From Spirochaetales bacterium (lineage in GTDB: Bacteria > Spirochaetota > Spirochaetia > JABEVK01): 64,000 nucleotides of DNA. The stretch lies in contig JBAXAI010000016.1 of the NCBI GenBank assembly GCA_037142615.1, forward strand, positions 463 through 64,462. The letters run 5' to 3'. Below, piece after piece: positions 9,459 through 19,280 of this stretch (position 1 is the first letter of the stretch; each line of letters starts with the position of its first letter). The position numbers were made by a program, and so were the translations under genes. The notes below the pieces were generated by a model. That model saw only the letters and a list, made by a program, of their open reading frames with translations, had not been told where the DNA came from and ran no database searches.

Positions 9459-10657
9459 TGAGCGATACCGTTACCCGACTTGAGCACAACGGCAGGACCT
9501 ACGTCCTGGTCGGGACGGCGCATGTTTCCCAAGCCAGCATCGACGAGGTGAAGGCCGTCATCGAGGCCGAAAAACCCGACCAGGTCGCGGTCGAGATCGA
9601 CGCCGGTCGCTACCAGTCGCTGAGCAACCCCACCAACTGGGCCCAGCTCGACATCTTCAAGGTTCTCAGGGAGGGCAAAGGCTTTTTGCTGCTGGCCAAC
9701 CTCGCCCTCAGTTCGTTCCAGCGCAAGATCGGCGAAGAGCTCGAGGTCAAACCCGGCCAGGAGATGCTTGCAGCGGTACAAACGGCCGAAACGCTGGGCA
9801 TCCCGTTTGCCTTCATCGACCGCCAAGTTCAGGTCACGCTCCAGCGCGCGTGGAAAAAGAGCAGCCTTTGGGGCAAGAGCAAGCTGATGGCGCTGCTGAT
9901 GGGTTCGGTGCTCGGCGAGGAAAAAGTCGACTCGAGTCAGATCGAAAACCTCAAGAACCGCAATGAACTCGACAGCGTGATGGGCGAACTGGCCAAGGAA
10001 CTCCCCACGGTGAAGCAAGTGCTCATCGACGAGCGCGACCAGTACCTCGCAACATCGCTGTTCGAGCTGGCCACCGCCGGGCCCGCAGGAACCAAAATCG
10101 TCGCCGTCGTAGGCGCAGGGCATGTCCCTGGCATGACGTTGTGGCTGAACGACCTGGCGGCCGGCTCCAAGGCGCCCGACTTGGTCGAAATCTCGAGTGT
10201 ACCGAAGCCCACCCTTGGCGAAAAAGTCTGGCCTTGGATTCTGCCGCTGGCGTTTGTCGGGCTTTTGGGCGCCGGCTTCTTTCTCAAGGGCTCGGGTGTG
10301 CTGCTCTCGGGCCTGCTCGCGGTCGTGATTTCCACGGCCTTGTTTGGCGCTATTGGTTCCATCGCGGCCCTCGCCCACCCGGTGACCATTCTGGTGTCAA
10401 TCGTCGCGGCCCCGCTGGCTGCCCTGTTCCACGGGTTGGTTCACATCGCCTACTTCACCGGGCCGACCGAGGCCTGGTTGCGCAAGCCGAGGGTGGCCGA
10501 CCTGGAAGCCTTGGCGCAGGACGCTACGACCTTCACCGGTTATTACAAGAACCGCGTGCTACGCATTTTGCTGGTCGTGGTGTTATCCACCCTCGGTGCC
10601 ACCGTAGGTTGGTACCTCAGCCTCGTACCACTCTTGGGCGCGCTGCTTCCGGCGTAG
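9458..10657 (+). CDS. TraB/GumN-family protein with a C-terminal membrane domain
   Basis: N-terminal LVGTAHVSQASIDEV signature of the TraB family. Hydrophobic C-terminal third. The ATG overlaps the DHH stop (TGATG). Confidence 0.8.
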   Translation: MSDTVTRLEHNGRTYVLVGTAHVSQASIDEVKAVIEAEKPDQVAVEIDAGRYQSLSNPTNWAQLDIFKVLREGKGFLLLANLALSSFQRKIGEELEVKPGQEMLAAVQTAETLGIPFAFIDRQVQVTLQRAWKKSSLWGKSKLMALLMGSVLGEEKVDSSQIENLKNRNELDSVMGELAKELPTVKQVLIDERDQYLATSLFELATAGPAGTKIVAVVGAGHVPGMTLWLNDLAAGSKAPDLVEISSVPKPTLGEKVWPWILPLAFVGLLGAGFFLKGSGVLLSGLLAVVISTALFGAIGSIAALAHPVTILVSIVAAPLAALFHGLVHIAYFTGPTEAWLRKPRVADLEALAQDATTFTGYYKNRVLRILLVVVLSTLGATVGWYLSLVPLLGALLPA

Positions 10658-10679
10658 GGCGGGAGTCACGCTGAATCGA

Positions 10680-11330
10680 ATGCGAAGCGTCCACCCGGTT
10701 TGGAGCTTCGAGGAGCTCTTGGCTTACTTTGAGACCCGCGCAGGCGAAGACGTCGCCGAAACCGACCTTTTGCGTCACTTCTTTGCTGACGAAAACGTCT
10801 TCGCCGATGGCCTGGGCCTGGATCTGTTCGAAAGACACTTCCTGCTCTACCGGCGACTGTGGCTGTTTGACGACGAGCTGCGGCAGGCCTCGGGCCGACG
10901 CCTGTGGATCCGTGGCATCCGCTCCACCTTGCTGGAAGCTCCTCCCCGCGGACGTTGCGACGCACTGGATCCTGAAACGGGCCTTTTTTGCGAGGCGTCC
11001 CTGCCCTGTGGCACACACGGGGGTCTGGCTCCCGACTTGCCGACGATGAAGTCGTACTACCTCGACGAGACCCAGTTGGAAGGAATGACCTCCGAACGAC
11101 TCGAGCGGCTGCTCGATGGCTTCTACCGGTGGTGTTTCGACCCTGCAGGCATCGAAGCAGCCTTCGAGCAGTTGGGACTGGCCCCCGGAGCCAGCGCCGA
11201 GGCTGTGCAGCGGGCCTGGAAACAATTGAGCAAAAAAAACCACCCCGATCGGGGTGGTGATGTGGTTGCCTTTCAACAACTTTCGGCTGCCTACCAACTA
11301 CTGAAGCGGCTGTTGGAGCCGAAGCCCTGA
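10680..11330 (+). CDS. DnaJ-related protein (C-terminal J domain)
   Basis: C-terminal J-domain core AVQRAWKQLSKKNHPDRGGD...FQQLSAAYQLL with the HPD motif. The N-terminal part resembles the DNA-J-related N-domain. Confidence 0.7.
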   Translation: MRSVHPVWSFEELLAYFETRAGEDVAETDLLRHFFADENVFADGLGLDLFERHFLLYRRLWLFDDELRQASGRRLWIRGIRSTLLEAPPRGRCDALDPETGLFCEASLPCGTHGGLAPDLPTMKSYYLDETQLEGMTSERLERLLDGFYRWCFDPAGIEAAFEQLGLAPGASAEAVQRAWKQLSKKNHPDRGGDVVAFQQLSAAYQLLKRLLEPKP

Positions 11331-11334
11331 CGTA

Positions 11335-11847
11335 CTACTTCTTGGCGCCGAACTTATCGCCAACCGTTTTGTACGCGTCGGCTCCAGGCTTGGCCTTGGC
11401 TTTGTACACCCGGTAGGCTTCCAAGTACCCTTGGGCAAGCAGCGTGTTGTCTTCGGTCGACAACTTGTTCTGGGGCAGGTTCAGGAAAGGAATGTCGAAC
11501 TTCTGACCCGAGTAGATCAGGTCGGGGTCTTTGATCAGAGCCTTGTTGATTTCAAAAATGGCGGGCCAGAGCACGGGGTCTTTGTACCACTTGTCCGAGA
11601 TCCACCAAAGCGTATCGCGCGGAATGACCGTGTGAACACCAAGCATCTTAGGAGCCTGAGCAACGGGCTCGGGCGTCACGGCAACGGGTTTGGGGGCTGT
11701 CGCCGTTACCGCTGTGGCCACCGGCTTGGCGGCGCTGGCTGGCTTGTTGAACAGAAACACCAGAACGGTTCCCAGAAGCAAGAGGAGAATGATCACGATG
11801 ATTGCAACGGCGACAGCAGGGTTCTTTTTTTGTTTTTGGGCGTTCAT
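11335..11847 (-). CDS. LysM-domain membrane-anchored protein
   Basis: AAGGAG 5 nt before ATG-11847 (the ORF track starts 10 codons upstream). TM helix AVAVAIIVIILLLLLGTVLVF. LysM: HTVIPRDTLWWISDKWY...IYSGQKFDIP. Confidence 0.75.
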   Translation of the reverse strand: MNAQKQKKNPAVAVAIIVIILLLLLGTVLVFLFNKPASAAKPVATAVTATAPKPVAVTPEPVAQAPKMLGVHTVIPRDTLWWISDKWYKDPVLWPAIFEINKALIKDPDLIYSGQKFDIPFLNLPQNKLSTEDNTLLAQGYLEAYRVYKAKAKPGADAYKTVGDKFGAKK

Positions 11848-11917
11848 GGAAACTCCTTTCCCGGACGATACACCCATCCTATCGGAATCCGCCGAAAAAA
11901 ACTCAAGGAAAATCTCA

Positions 11918-11964
11918 TTGACTGGGGGGGAAACTGACCCTATCCTGAGTAGTAAACCGATTTA
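11918..11964 (+). promoter_or_regulatory. putative sigma70-type promoter plus LacI-like operator upstream of the LacI gene at 11986
   Basis: TTGACT (11918-11923), 17-nt spacer, TATCCT (11941-11946). Imperfect palindrome TAAACCGATTTA at 11953-11964. Confidence 0.35.
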
Positions 11965-11985
11965 ACGCTCAAGAGGCCCTGTTGC

Positions 11986-13035
11986 ATGAAATCTCGTCTG
12001 ACGATTCTTGACGTTGCCCGCGAGGCCGGTGTCTCCAAAACGGCGGTGTCGTTTGCCTTCAATTCGCCCCAACGGCTGGCCCCCGCCACGCTGAAGAAGA
12101 TCCTGAACATCTCGGACACGTTAGGTTACGTCCCCGATCCAACGGCTCGCAGGTTGGCTCGGCGCTCCAGCGGCAATCTGGGGGTCCTGATTCCACAAAC
12201 CCTCCCCGAGGCCTTTGTGCACCCGCATTTTCAAGAGATGTTTCAGGGCATCGGCGAGTTTTGCGAGCGGCGTGAGTTCTCGCTGACGCTGATCCCCCCC
12301 TTGCAGGGGTGCCTGCTCAAGGCCGTTCGTAACGCTGCGGTCGACGGCGTTATCACCTTGGGCTTCACCCCGTCAGAGACCTTTCTGGACCTGCTGGGCA
12401 AGCGCTCTCTTCCGTTGGTTACGGTCGACAGCCGAATCGACTCGACCATCCCCAGCGTCACTTTTGAAGACCGCGAGGCGGCACGAGACCTGCTTCGAGC
12501 GGTGCTCGGCCGGGGTTACCGGAATCTCCACATCCTCACGTTCCCGGTCGCGCCCGAAGAAGTCCGTGGCAACGCTGGCTCCCGGTCGCTGAGTCGGCGG
12601 TTGCAGGGGTTCCGCCAGGCTCTCGACGAACTCAAGTCCGAGAATGTGTTTGTCAGCTATGGGAGCTCCCGGGTTACGGCCGAATCGGCCTGTGAGTCGC
12701 TGATGGAGCAGCAGTGGGAAGCCGGCCTGCCCCAGGTGGTTGTGTGCCTCAGCGATGCCCAAGCTTCGGGTGTGTACGTTTTTGCCGAAAAAAAGGGGCT
12801 TCGCATTCCCGAGGACCTCGCCGTCACCGGGTTCGACGGGAGTCTTTCGCTGAAGCACCTTCGCCCTGTGATGACCACGGTTCGCCAACCCGGCTTCCTC
12901 AAGGGCAAGCTCGCGTGCGAACTCATGGACGAGCAATGGCGCGACCGTGCCACCGTGCGGCACTTGGTGGTCAAGGCGCATATGGTCGAAGGCAAGTCGT
13001 TGGGGCAGATGTCGAAATCCTGGCCCAACGACTGA
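11986..13035 (+). CDS. LacI-family transcriptional regulator
   Basis: N-terminal HTH LTILDVAREAGVSKTAVSFAFN followed by a periplasmic-binding-protein-like sugar-binding fold. 349 aa. Confidence 0.9.
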   Translation: MKSRLTILDVAREAGVSKTAVSFAFNSPQRLAPATLKKILNISDTLGYVPDPTARRLARRSSGNLGVLIPQTLPEAFVHPHFQEMFQGIGEFCERREFSLTLIPPLQGCLLKAVRNAAVDGVITLGFTPSETFLDLLGKRSLPLVTVDSRIDSTIPSVTFEDREAARDLLRAVLGRGYRNLHILTFPVAPEEVRGNAGSRSLSRRLQGFRQALDELKSENVFVSYGSSRVTAESACESLMEQQWEAGLPQVVVCLSDAQASGVYVFAEKKGLRIPEDLAVTGFDGSLSLKHLRPVMTTVRQPGFLKGKLACELMDEQWRDRATVRHLVVKAHMVEGKSLGQMSKSWPND

Positions 13036-13048
13036 CTTACACCCTACC

Positions 13049-16000
13049 CTAAAACAGCCCGGGTTCCTCTTTTTTGGCAGCAGCTTTCTTGGGAGCTGCC
13101 TTGGGGGCAGCCACCTTCACTTTCTTCGGTCGGTCGGCTTCGGGGTCGAGCAACTCCATCAACTCCGGGAAGTGATAGGCCGACTTCGCAGCGGCCTTTC
13201 GGGCCTCTTCGATTCGCTGATAGACCCCCAGAATCTGCGCTTCGTGGACCTTGCTGGTCGCGTCGAGAGCCAGAATTTCCTGCACTCTGACCGCCAGGAC
13301 CCACCAGAGAAGGTAGTCGAAGCCCCCCTTGTCGAACCAGAGCACGCCTTCGAACTGGTGCACACCAATCATCGATTGCACGTCGGAATTGCGCAGCAGC
13401 ACGCCCAGCGTGGCAGGCTGAGACCCCACGTCGCCGCGGATGCTGGCCAGCAATTTCACAATGCCCACCAGATGGTGTGCCTCGCCGCCGGTCATTCCCA
13501 ATTCCACGAACAAGCGCTGAATCTTGCGGTCAAGATACCATTCTTCCATCAGGGCGCGGGCGACCACGACTGGTTCCTTGGGATCCACGACTTCGCCGAA
13601 ACGAGCGATCAACGCGTGGGCGAAGAACACATGCACCAGCAGCATGGGCGGACGCAATCGAGTGTCGAGGAAGCCGATCGCAGGAGCCAGTGCCTTGGAG
13701 TCGAACAGCGTGACCAGATTGGTGAGCGACAGCACCGACTTCAGGTCGGCTAGCGCAGCCTTGATCGAAGGGCTCGGGTCGATCGCCGAACCAGTGTAGT
13801 CCTTCACCCGCCAGTAGAAGGCCGACAACCGGTCTTCCTGGTTGGCCCAGAACTTTTCATCGACGGGGTGAATGCCCCAAGCGACGTCATAGAGGTTGCG
13901 GAAGTTGGTCGCATGGAAGGTCTCGGTGAAGCCGTGGAACAGGCTGCGATGGGTCATGTCCTTGAGGGCTTCCTGCAAGTCGTTGACGCCTGCGCCCTGG
14001 AGTTCGGTGGCCAAGCGGTCAAGCAGGCCGTCGGCACCATCTTCCAGCTCATGGATGTCGAGGAAAACCTGCTTCTGATACCCTCCGAGTTCGACGAACA
14101 TGCCCGACTGGTGCAAGTCGCTCGACCGGCGCAAGTACCACAGGCCACTGGCCTGATCCCGGAGGAGCACGAAATGCTTGGGCGAGTTCGTCAACCGCAG
14201 AGCGCTCGCCAGGTCGCGCTGCTGGATCTCTTTGGTTCCGTCAGGGTTCTTGATGGCGTAGCCTGCCGAGACCTTGATCCAGCCTGAGGCCTTTTCCCAG
14301 GTGTTGTTGAAGAACACCAGAGCATGTTCGTTACCGGTGCCGTTGGAGTAGGCGAACACGTTCTGGTTCACCGAACCGTGGGAACCCCACAAGTCGTACA
14401 GGTAGAAGTTGGCCACTTCGGCGAACAGGTAGCGCCGGTGCATAAGGGGGAAGATTTCGCGCTGGTGGCGCTCGATAAGGCCCAGGTCGTCCTTTTCGTC
14501 CCAGTAGGCCCGGCGGTATTCCATGCCGTACTTTTCGCGGAAGCCTTCGACCTGGCCGTGACCGAACATGGGGGTACCGGGCATGGTGACCATCACGGTG
14601 GCGACGCCGAAGTACTTGTCGCCGGTACCAAACTGGACGGCGGCCGTTTCTTCGTCGGGGTTGTTCATGAAGTTCACGTAGCGTTTGAGAATATCAGGAT
14701 CGAACTCGAGCGTGTTCTTGATGCTGTAGCGGTACTTTTCGTTTTCTTCCTTCTTGAACATGTGCATGAAGGCGGAGTTGTACACGCGGTGCATGCCCAG
14801 CGTGCGCACAAAGTAGCCTTCCATCATCCAGAACGCCTCGGCCAGCAGCAGGGTGTCGGGCACCTCGGCGGCCACGCGGTCGACCACCTCGCGCCAGAAC
14901 TCTTCGGGAATCGCGGCGTCGAAGGCCTCTTTGGTCATGGCGTGCTCGGCCCGGCTGGCAATGTCGCCACCCGAACCAGGGAGCGGATACCACAGGCGCT
15001 GGATGTGCTTCTTGGCCAAGGTCATGGCGGCATCGAAGCGGATGACCTGAAAATTGCGGGCCACGTGCAAAATGACCTGGATGATGGCCTCGCGGGTCTC
15101 TGGATTCAGGTAATTGAGCTGGGCGGTGTCGTTCCACGGCATGGAAGTTCCGTCATTGCCGTGATAGATGAACCGGTGGCGGTTGGTGCGCTTGTCGCGG
15201 TGCAGAAACACCACCGAGGCGTCACTGCGATCGTAGTAGTGGTCTTCGAGCTTCACTTCGATGTTGGGATCCTGGCTCAGGTCGGGTCCGTTGAACGTGT
15301 AGCCGGGGTACGGGCAGTAGTCGAGCTGGGTGAACCAGTCGGGGTGTTCGCTGACCCACTTGCTGTCCATCGAGGTGTGGTTGGGCACCATGTCGCTGGC
15401 CACCCGGATACCACGGCGCGCACAACGGTCGCGCAGGTCGTTCATGTCGTTCCAGCCGCCCAGCTCGGTGGCGATGTCGTAGTCAAACAAGGAGTAGGCG
15501 GAGGCTTCGGCCTCGGGGTTACCGCACATCACCTTGATCGTCTTGCTGGCCTTCGACCGCTCCCACAACCCGATCAGCCATAGAGAGTTGAAACCTCGGG
15601 CGGCCATGTCATCGAGCTCAGCGTCGGGAATCTCGCGGAGCGTCAAGATGGGGCGTTCGTACTTCTTGGTGAGCTGGTCGAGCCAAACCAGCGTGCTCTT
15701 GGCCAGCAGAATGACCTTGGGCATCCACTCCTTGTCGGTGCTGAAGCGCTCGGGTTCGTGCTCGGCCCCGCCGGTGAAACTCAGCGCGTGTTCGTAGCCC
15801 TGCGAACCGCCGCCACCGGCGTCCTTGTTCCAGAACAGGCGCTCTTCTTCTTTCATAAAGTCGAGCGAGCTGAGCAACCGCATCAGGAACTTGCCCAGAA
15901 TGAGGCCCCAGCGGTCTTTGATGTACTGGAGTTGGCCGTAGAGCGAATGCGGAACCGCGAGGGCGGGAGCGCGAAGCATGTCGATCAGTGACTGTTTTTC

Positions 16001-16663
16001 GGGCCCAAAAAGCGGCGTCGTGGTGAAGAACTCCTTCACCGCGTCCATGAAGTCTCCGTAAGCGGTTTCGGAACGCAGGTCGCGGTCGTCGAACAGTTCG
16101 AGAAAGGGCTCAAACGCGGTGTTGGCGTTGGCCAACCAAAGGAGCATCACCTCTTCGAACACGACCTCGCGATGGGCCAGGCCCTCGGTGCTGCCCCTGA
16201 GGTAGCCTTCCGCGTCGCCGCCTTTGTACACCTCGACGTTGGGAAAGTGGTGGCTGAACCGGAGCAGCACCTCGTCGGTTTCTTGGCGGCCGACCTTGAG
16301 CGCCACAAAGTCCAGTGCGCGGCCAAACAGGTCGCGGCCGTTCTCTTCGCGGTACAACCCGGCAACAAAGTGCAGGATTTCGTCGATGAGTCCCATGGCG
16401 TTGAGCTGGCCCGGCAGCACCGAAGGTTCGGGGTGGAGTGCCGGATCGCGCAGGTCGTTCATCTTCTTGGCGAAGATGCGGGTAGCCAGAAAATTGGGAA
16501 ACACCACGTTGCCGCTGCTGGAGAACAAGGCGTCGTCGAACTGGTACTGGTCCCGGGCCTTTCGTGAAATGTGAAACTCCTGGTGCACCGACCGCAGTGC
16601 GGGCACCTTGTCGGAAATCCGGGTCAGGCGGAGCGTCAGTCCGGCATCGCTTGGGGTCTTCAT
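13049..16663 (-). CDS. large alpha-amylase-family (GH13-like) glucan-active enzyme, 1204 aa, with a Lys/Ala-rich C-terminal tail
   Basis: The 13049..17248 ORF is trimmed to ATG-16663, which overlaps the malQ stop (ATGA). GH13 regions DMVPNHTS, VIRFDAAMTL, LLLAEAFW and FMNNPDEE. Tail KKVKVAAPKAAPKKAAAKKEE. Confidence 0.8.
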   Translation of the reverse strand: MKTPSDAGLTLRLTRISDKVPALRSVHQEFHISRKARDQYQFDDALFSSSGNVVFPNFLATRIFAKKMNDLRDPALHPEPSVLPGQLNAMGLIDEILHFVAGLYREENGRDLFGRALDFVALKVGRQETDEVLLRFSHHFPNVEVYKGGDAEGYLRGSTEGLAHREVVFEEVMLLWLANANTAFEPFLELFDDRDLRSETAYGDFMDAVKEFFTTTPLFGPEKQSLIDMLRAPALAVPHSLYGQLQYIKDRWGLILGKFLMRLLSSLDFMKEEERLFWNKDAGGGGSQGYEHALSFTGGAEHEPERFSTDKEWMPKVILLAKSTLVWLDQLTKKYERPILTLREIPDAELDDMAARGFNSLWLIGLWERSKASKTIKVMCGNPEAEASAYSLFDYDIATELGGWNDMNDLRDRCARRGIRVASDMVPNHTSMDSKWVSEHPDWFTQLDYCPYPGYTFNGPDLSQDPNIEVKLEDHYYDRSDASVVFLHRDKRTNRHRFIYHGNDGTSMPWNDTAQLNYLNPETREAIIQVILHVARNFQVIRFDAAMTLAKKHIQRLWYPLPGSGGDIASRAEHAMTKEAFDAAIPEEFWREVVDRVAAEVPDTLLLAEAFWMMEGYFVRTLGMHRVYNSAFMHMFKKEENEKYRYSIKNTLEFDPDILKRYVNFMNNPDEETAAVQFGTGDKYFGVATVMVTMPGTPMFGHGQVEGFREKYGMEYRRAYWDEKDDLGLIERHQREIFPLMHRRYLFAEVANFYLYDLWGSHGSVNQNVFAYSNGTGNEHALVFFNNTWEKASGWIKVSAGYAIKNPDGTKEIQQRDLASALRLTNSPKHFVLLRDQASGLWYLRRSSDLHQSGMFVELGGYQKQVFLDIHELEDGADGLLDRLATELQGAGVNDLQEALKDMTHRSLFHGFTETFHATNFRNLYDVAWGIHPVDEKFWANQEDRLSAFYWRVKDYTGSAIDPSPSIKAALADLKSVLSLTNLVTLFDSKALAPAIGFLDTRLRPPMLLVHVFFAHALIARFGEVVDPKEPVVVARALMEEWYLDRKIQRLFVELGMTGGEAHHLVGIVKLLASIRGDVGSQPATLGVLLRNSDVQSMIGVHQFEGVLWFDKGGFDYLLWWVLAVRVQEILALDATSKVHEAQILGVYQRIEEARKAAAKSAYHFPELMELLDPEADRPKKVKVAAPKAAPKKAAAKKEEPGLF

Positions 16664-18600
16664 GGTTTCTTCCTTTGTTCGACAAGTTGATGCAAGGTGG
16701 CGCTGAAGTCGCTGGCCGCCACGAGCTCCTCCAGAGAAGGCTTCATCCGATAGGCCCAGTTGGAGCCGTCGACCGTTCCAGGAGTATTGACCCGTTCCAA
16801 GGCCGGGTCGGCGGTCATGAAGCGCTCGTCGAGAGCCAAGAGGTCGGGGAGCGCGAGAATGCAAAGCCGCGAACGTGTGGTGAGGATGCCAGCCAGCAAT
16901 TTGCGGGCCATCGCAGGGGAAAAAGGCCCGTCGTCGTGCGCCGAAAGCCCCAAAGCCAGTAAGAAGCCCTGATGGTTTCTTTCTTCGTCCCACCACTGAC
17001 GGAGGGTGCTGGTGTCGTGCACCGAGGGGGTACAAACCGTCAGTTCGGGATACTGGTTCACGGGAATGTAGGGCTGACCGGGGGTACTCCAGTCGCGCGC
17101 CCAGCGGATGATGCGCAATCCGAGAATGCCCAGGTCGTTGAGCACCCCTGGCACACACGCGGGGATGCTGCCGAGGTCCTCGGCGCACACCAGCATGTTC
17201 GTGGTCGACTTCATGAAGCTCAACAGGCGTCGGCCCTGGTCTTCCCACAGGCCCTGCACGCGGTCGCTGGTTTCGTGCACCAAGCGCTCGAAGTTCCAGC
17301 GCTCCTCGTTGCCGAGGCTGTCGTAGGCGCGGGTGGAGTAGTAGTGCGCGGTGGCCGTGTAGGTGCCGTCGGCCAGGCGCAGAAGCGTGCGGTTGCGGAA
17401 CCAGTGCACAAGGTTTTCGCGGGAGTTGTCACCCAGCGGAAGGGCCTGAAGGACCTTTTCGCCGGTGATGCGCGAAGCGAATCGGTAGAGGTCCTCGCCT
17501 GGCAGTTGCACCAGGGCTTGGTCGATGACGGCTTGGGCTTCCTGCCCCAACCGCTCGCGGATCTCGAGGCCGAAAATGTGCGGTTCGCTCATCCAAGTGA
17601 TGCGGCCAGAGTCAAAACCCAGGCGCCCAAGCTGTTCCGTGGTCAGGCGGGGAGTCGGCTGATACAGGCCCAACTGGGCGTTGAAGTTCGCCGCCGGGGT
17701 GGCCCAGATGCGGAAAAAACCCAGAACGTGGTCGATGCGGTACGCCTGGTAGAAACGGGCGGCATGTTCCAAGCGCTGCTTCCACCACCCGTAGCCGTCT
17801 TTTTCGAGACGCGACCAGTTGTACACCGGGAAGCCCCAGTTCTGGCCGTCGGGATTCATGTCGTCGGGAGGCGCACCGGCGCGCAGACCCAGGTCAAAAA
17901 ACTCCGGGTGGGCCCAAACATCAGCGCTGTCTTCATTGAGGAGGATAGGAATATCGCCCTTGAGGGCCACGCCGAGCTTCTGCATCTGCCCGACGGCGGC
18001 AGACAGTTGGTGCTCGCACTCGGTCTGCATCCACACCTGCAACACACCTTCGGACCCCAGCTCGTTCCAGAGGGCCAGGATGTCGTTCTGCGAAGGGTGC
18101 CGGTGCTCGGGCCACGATTGCCAACCCGCGCGCTGGTAGCGCTCGCGTAGGGCGCTGAACACGGCGTAGTTGCGGCCCCAAGGCCTTTCGGCCAGCCAAG
18201 CTTCGGCATCGGCGGCCGTGAAACCCGACTCGGCGAACACCAGTTTCAACAGGTGCTGTTTTTCCTTCCACACTTCTTGATGGTCCACCCGGGCCAGGCC
18301 ATTGGTGCGGGTTCGCAGGGCCTCAGCCTCTTTTTTGACTGCCGCAAAACCGCTGAGGTCCGACAACCTGAGGTAAACGGGGTGCAGGGCGTAGGCGCTC
18401 AAGGCGCTGTAGGGCGAAGGTTCGTAGCCGGTGTCGTTGATGGGAAGCAGTTGGATGAGGTCCAGACCCGAGGCTTGGCACCACTGTGCCGCCAGGGTCA
18501 GGTCCGCGAACTCGCCGATGCCGAAACTGGACTGTGATCGCAAGGACGACAACGGGACGGCCACACCGGTCCCTGGGGTGGCTGCCGAAAGTTCGGGCAT
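16660..18600 (-). CDS. malQ: 4-alpha-glucanotransferase (amylomaltase, GH77)
   Basis: N-terminal GIGEFADL...LDLIQLLPINDTG and overall GH77-like sequence. AGGAGG before ATG-18600. Confidence 0.9.
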   Translation of the reverse strand: MPELSAATPGTGVAVPLSSLRSQSSFGIGEFADLTLAAQWCQASGLDLIQLLPINDTGYEPSPYSALSAYALHPVYLRLSDLSGFAAVKKEAEALRTRTNGLARVDHQEVWKEKQHLLKLVFAESGFTAADAEAWLAERPWGRNYAVFSALRERYQRAGWQSWPEHRHPSQNDILALWNELGSEGVLQVWMQTECEHQLSAAVGQMQKLGVALKGDIPILLNEDSADVWAHPEFFDLGLRAGAPPDDMNPDGQNWGFPVYNWSRLEKDGYGWWKQRLEHAARFYQAYRIDHVLGFFRIWATPAANFNAQLGLYQPTPRLTTEQLGRLGFDSGRITWMSEPHIFGLEIRERLGQEAQAVIDQALVQLPGEDLYRFASRITGEKVLQALPLGDNSRENLVHWFRNRTLLRLADGTYTATAHYYSTRAYDSLGNEERWNFERLVHETSDRVQGLWEDQGRRLLSFMKSTTNMLVCAEDLGSIPACVPGVLNDLGILGLRIIRWARDWSTPGQPYIPVNQYPELTVCTPSVHDTSTLRQWWDEERNHQGFLLALGLSAHDDGPFSPAMARKLLAGILTTRSRLCILALPDLLALDERFMTADPALERVNTPGTVDGSNWAYRMKPSLEELVAASDFSATLHQLVEQRKKP

Positions 18601-18638
18601 GAATCGGACCTCCTGGAGTCTGTGGGACCCCCACCTTG

Positions 18639-18667
18639 ATCGTAGGTCCGACTACCCTAAAGGTCAA
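18639..18667 (-). promoter_or_regulatory. putative promoter of the malQ-GH13 operon
   Basis: On the minus strand: TTGACC (18667-18662), 17-nt spacer, TACGAT (18644-18639), about 40 nt upstream of the malQ ATG. Confidence 0.3.
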
Positions 18668-18678
18668 GGAAAACCGGG

Positions 18679-19278
18679 TTAACCGCCGAGTTTGCCGGGT
18701 TCTTCGAGCCGCCGGATCTGGTCGCGGACCAAGGCGGCTTCCTCATAGTCCTCGTTGGCAACCAGAAGGTCGAGCTGGGCCTGCAGGCGCACCAGCGTGT
18801 TGGTCAGGCCTTCGGATCGGGCCGCAGGGGTGTCTGTTGGCAGGTCTTCCAGGTCCGCCTCTTGTGCCGACTCCTGCAGTTGGTCAAGCGAAATGCCGGA
18901 CTCCTCGAGCAGGTCGGTTTCGAGGAAGATGGGGCAGTCGGTGCGGACAGCCAAGGCCAGCGCGTCCGAGGGCCGGGCATCAATTTCCAACTTGCGGGTG
19001 CCGTGACTCAGCAGGATGTTCGAGTAGTAGGTGCCCTCGCTGAGGGTGTGAATGTCGATGCGAACCAGCGTCGCGCCCAGTTCGGTGAGCAGGCGCAGAA
19101 GCAGGTCGTGGGTGAGCGGACGGGGAATTTCCACCTCACCGAGACCCAGCAGGATGTTTTGGGCTTCGAGCGGTCCGATGAGAATGGGAACTGCCTTGTC
19201 ACCCTGAAGCGGGCGAACCAGCACGGCGTTTCCCTGGTCGGTCTTGGCCACGGTCCAGATTTCGGCGGGAACCAGCAT
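18679..19278 (-). CDS. bifunctional nuclease (BFN/DUF151) with a C-terminal UVR motif
   Basis: AVPILIGPLEAQNILLGL...PRPLTHDLL core of the BFN family. C-terminal ANEDYEEAALVRDQIRRLE (UvrB/C-type). Confidence 0.8.
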   Translation of the reverse strand: MLVPAEIWTVAKTDQGNAVLVRPLQGDKAVPILIGPLEAQNILLGLGEVEIPRPLTHDLLLRLLTELGATLVRIDIHTLSEGTYYSNILLSHGTRKLEIDARPSDALALAVRTDCPIFLETDLLEESGISLDQLQESAQEADLEDLPTDTPAARSEGLTNTLVRLQAQLDLLVANEDYEEAALVRDQIRRLEEPGKLGG

Positions 19279-19280
19279 GT

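Noticed and set aside
18668-18682. AAAACCGGGTTAACC upstream of the malQ promoter as another copy of the GAAACCGGTTTC operator.
   Set aside because: It has an odd-length centre, a poor match in both arms, and lies within the end of the nuclease gene. It may still be a site for the other LacI (11986), but the evidence is too thin.
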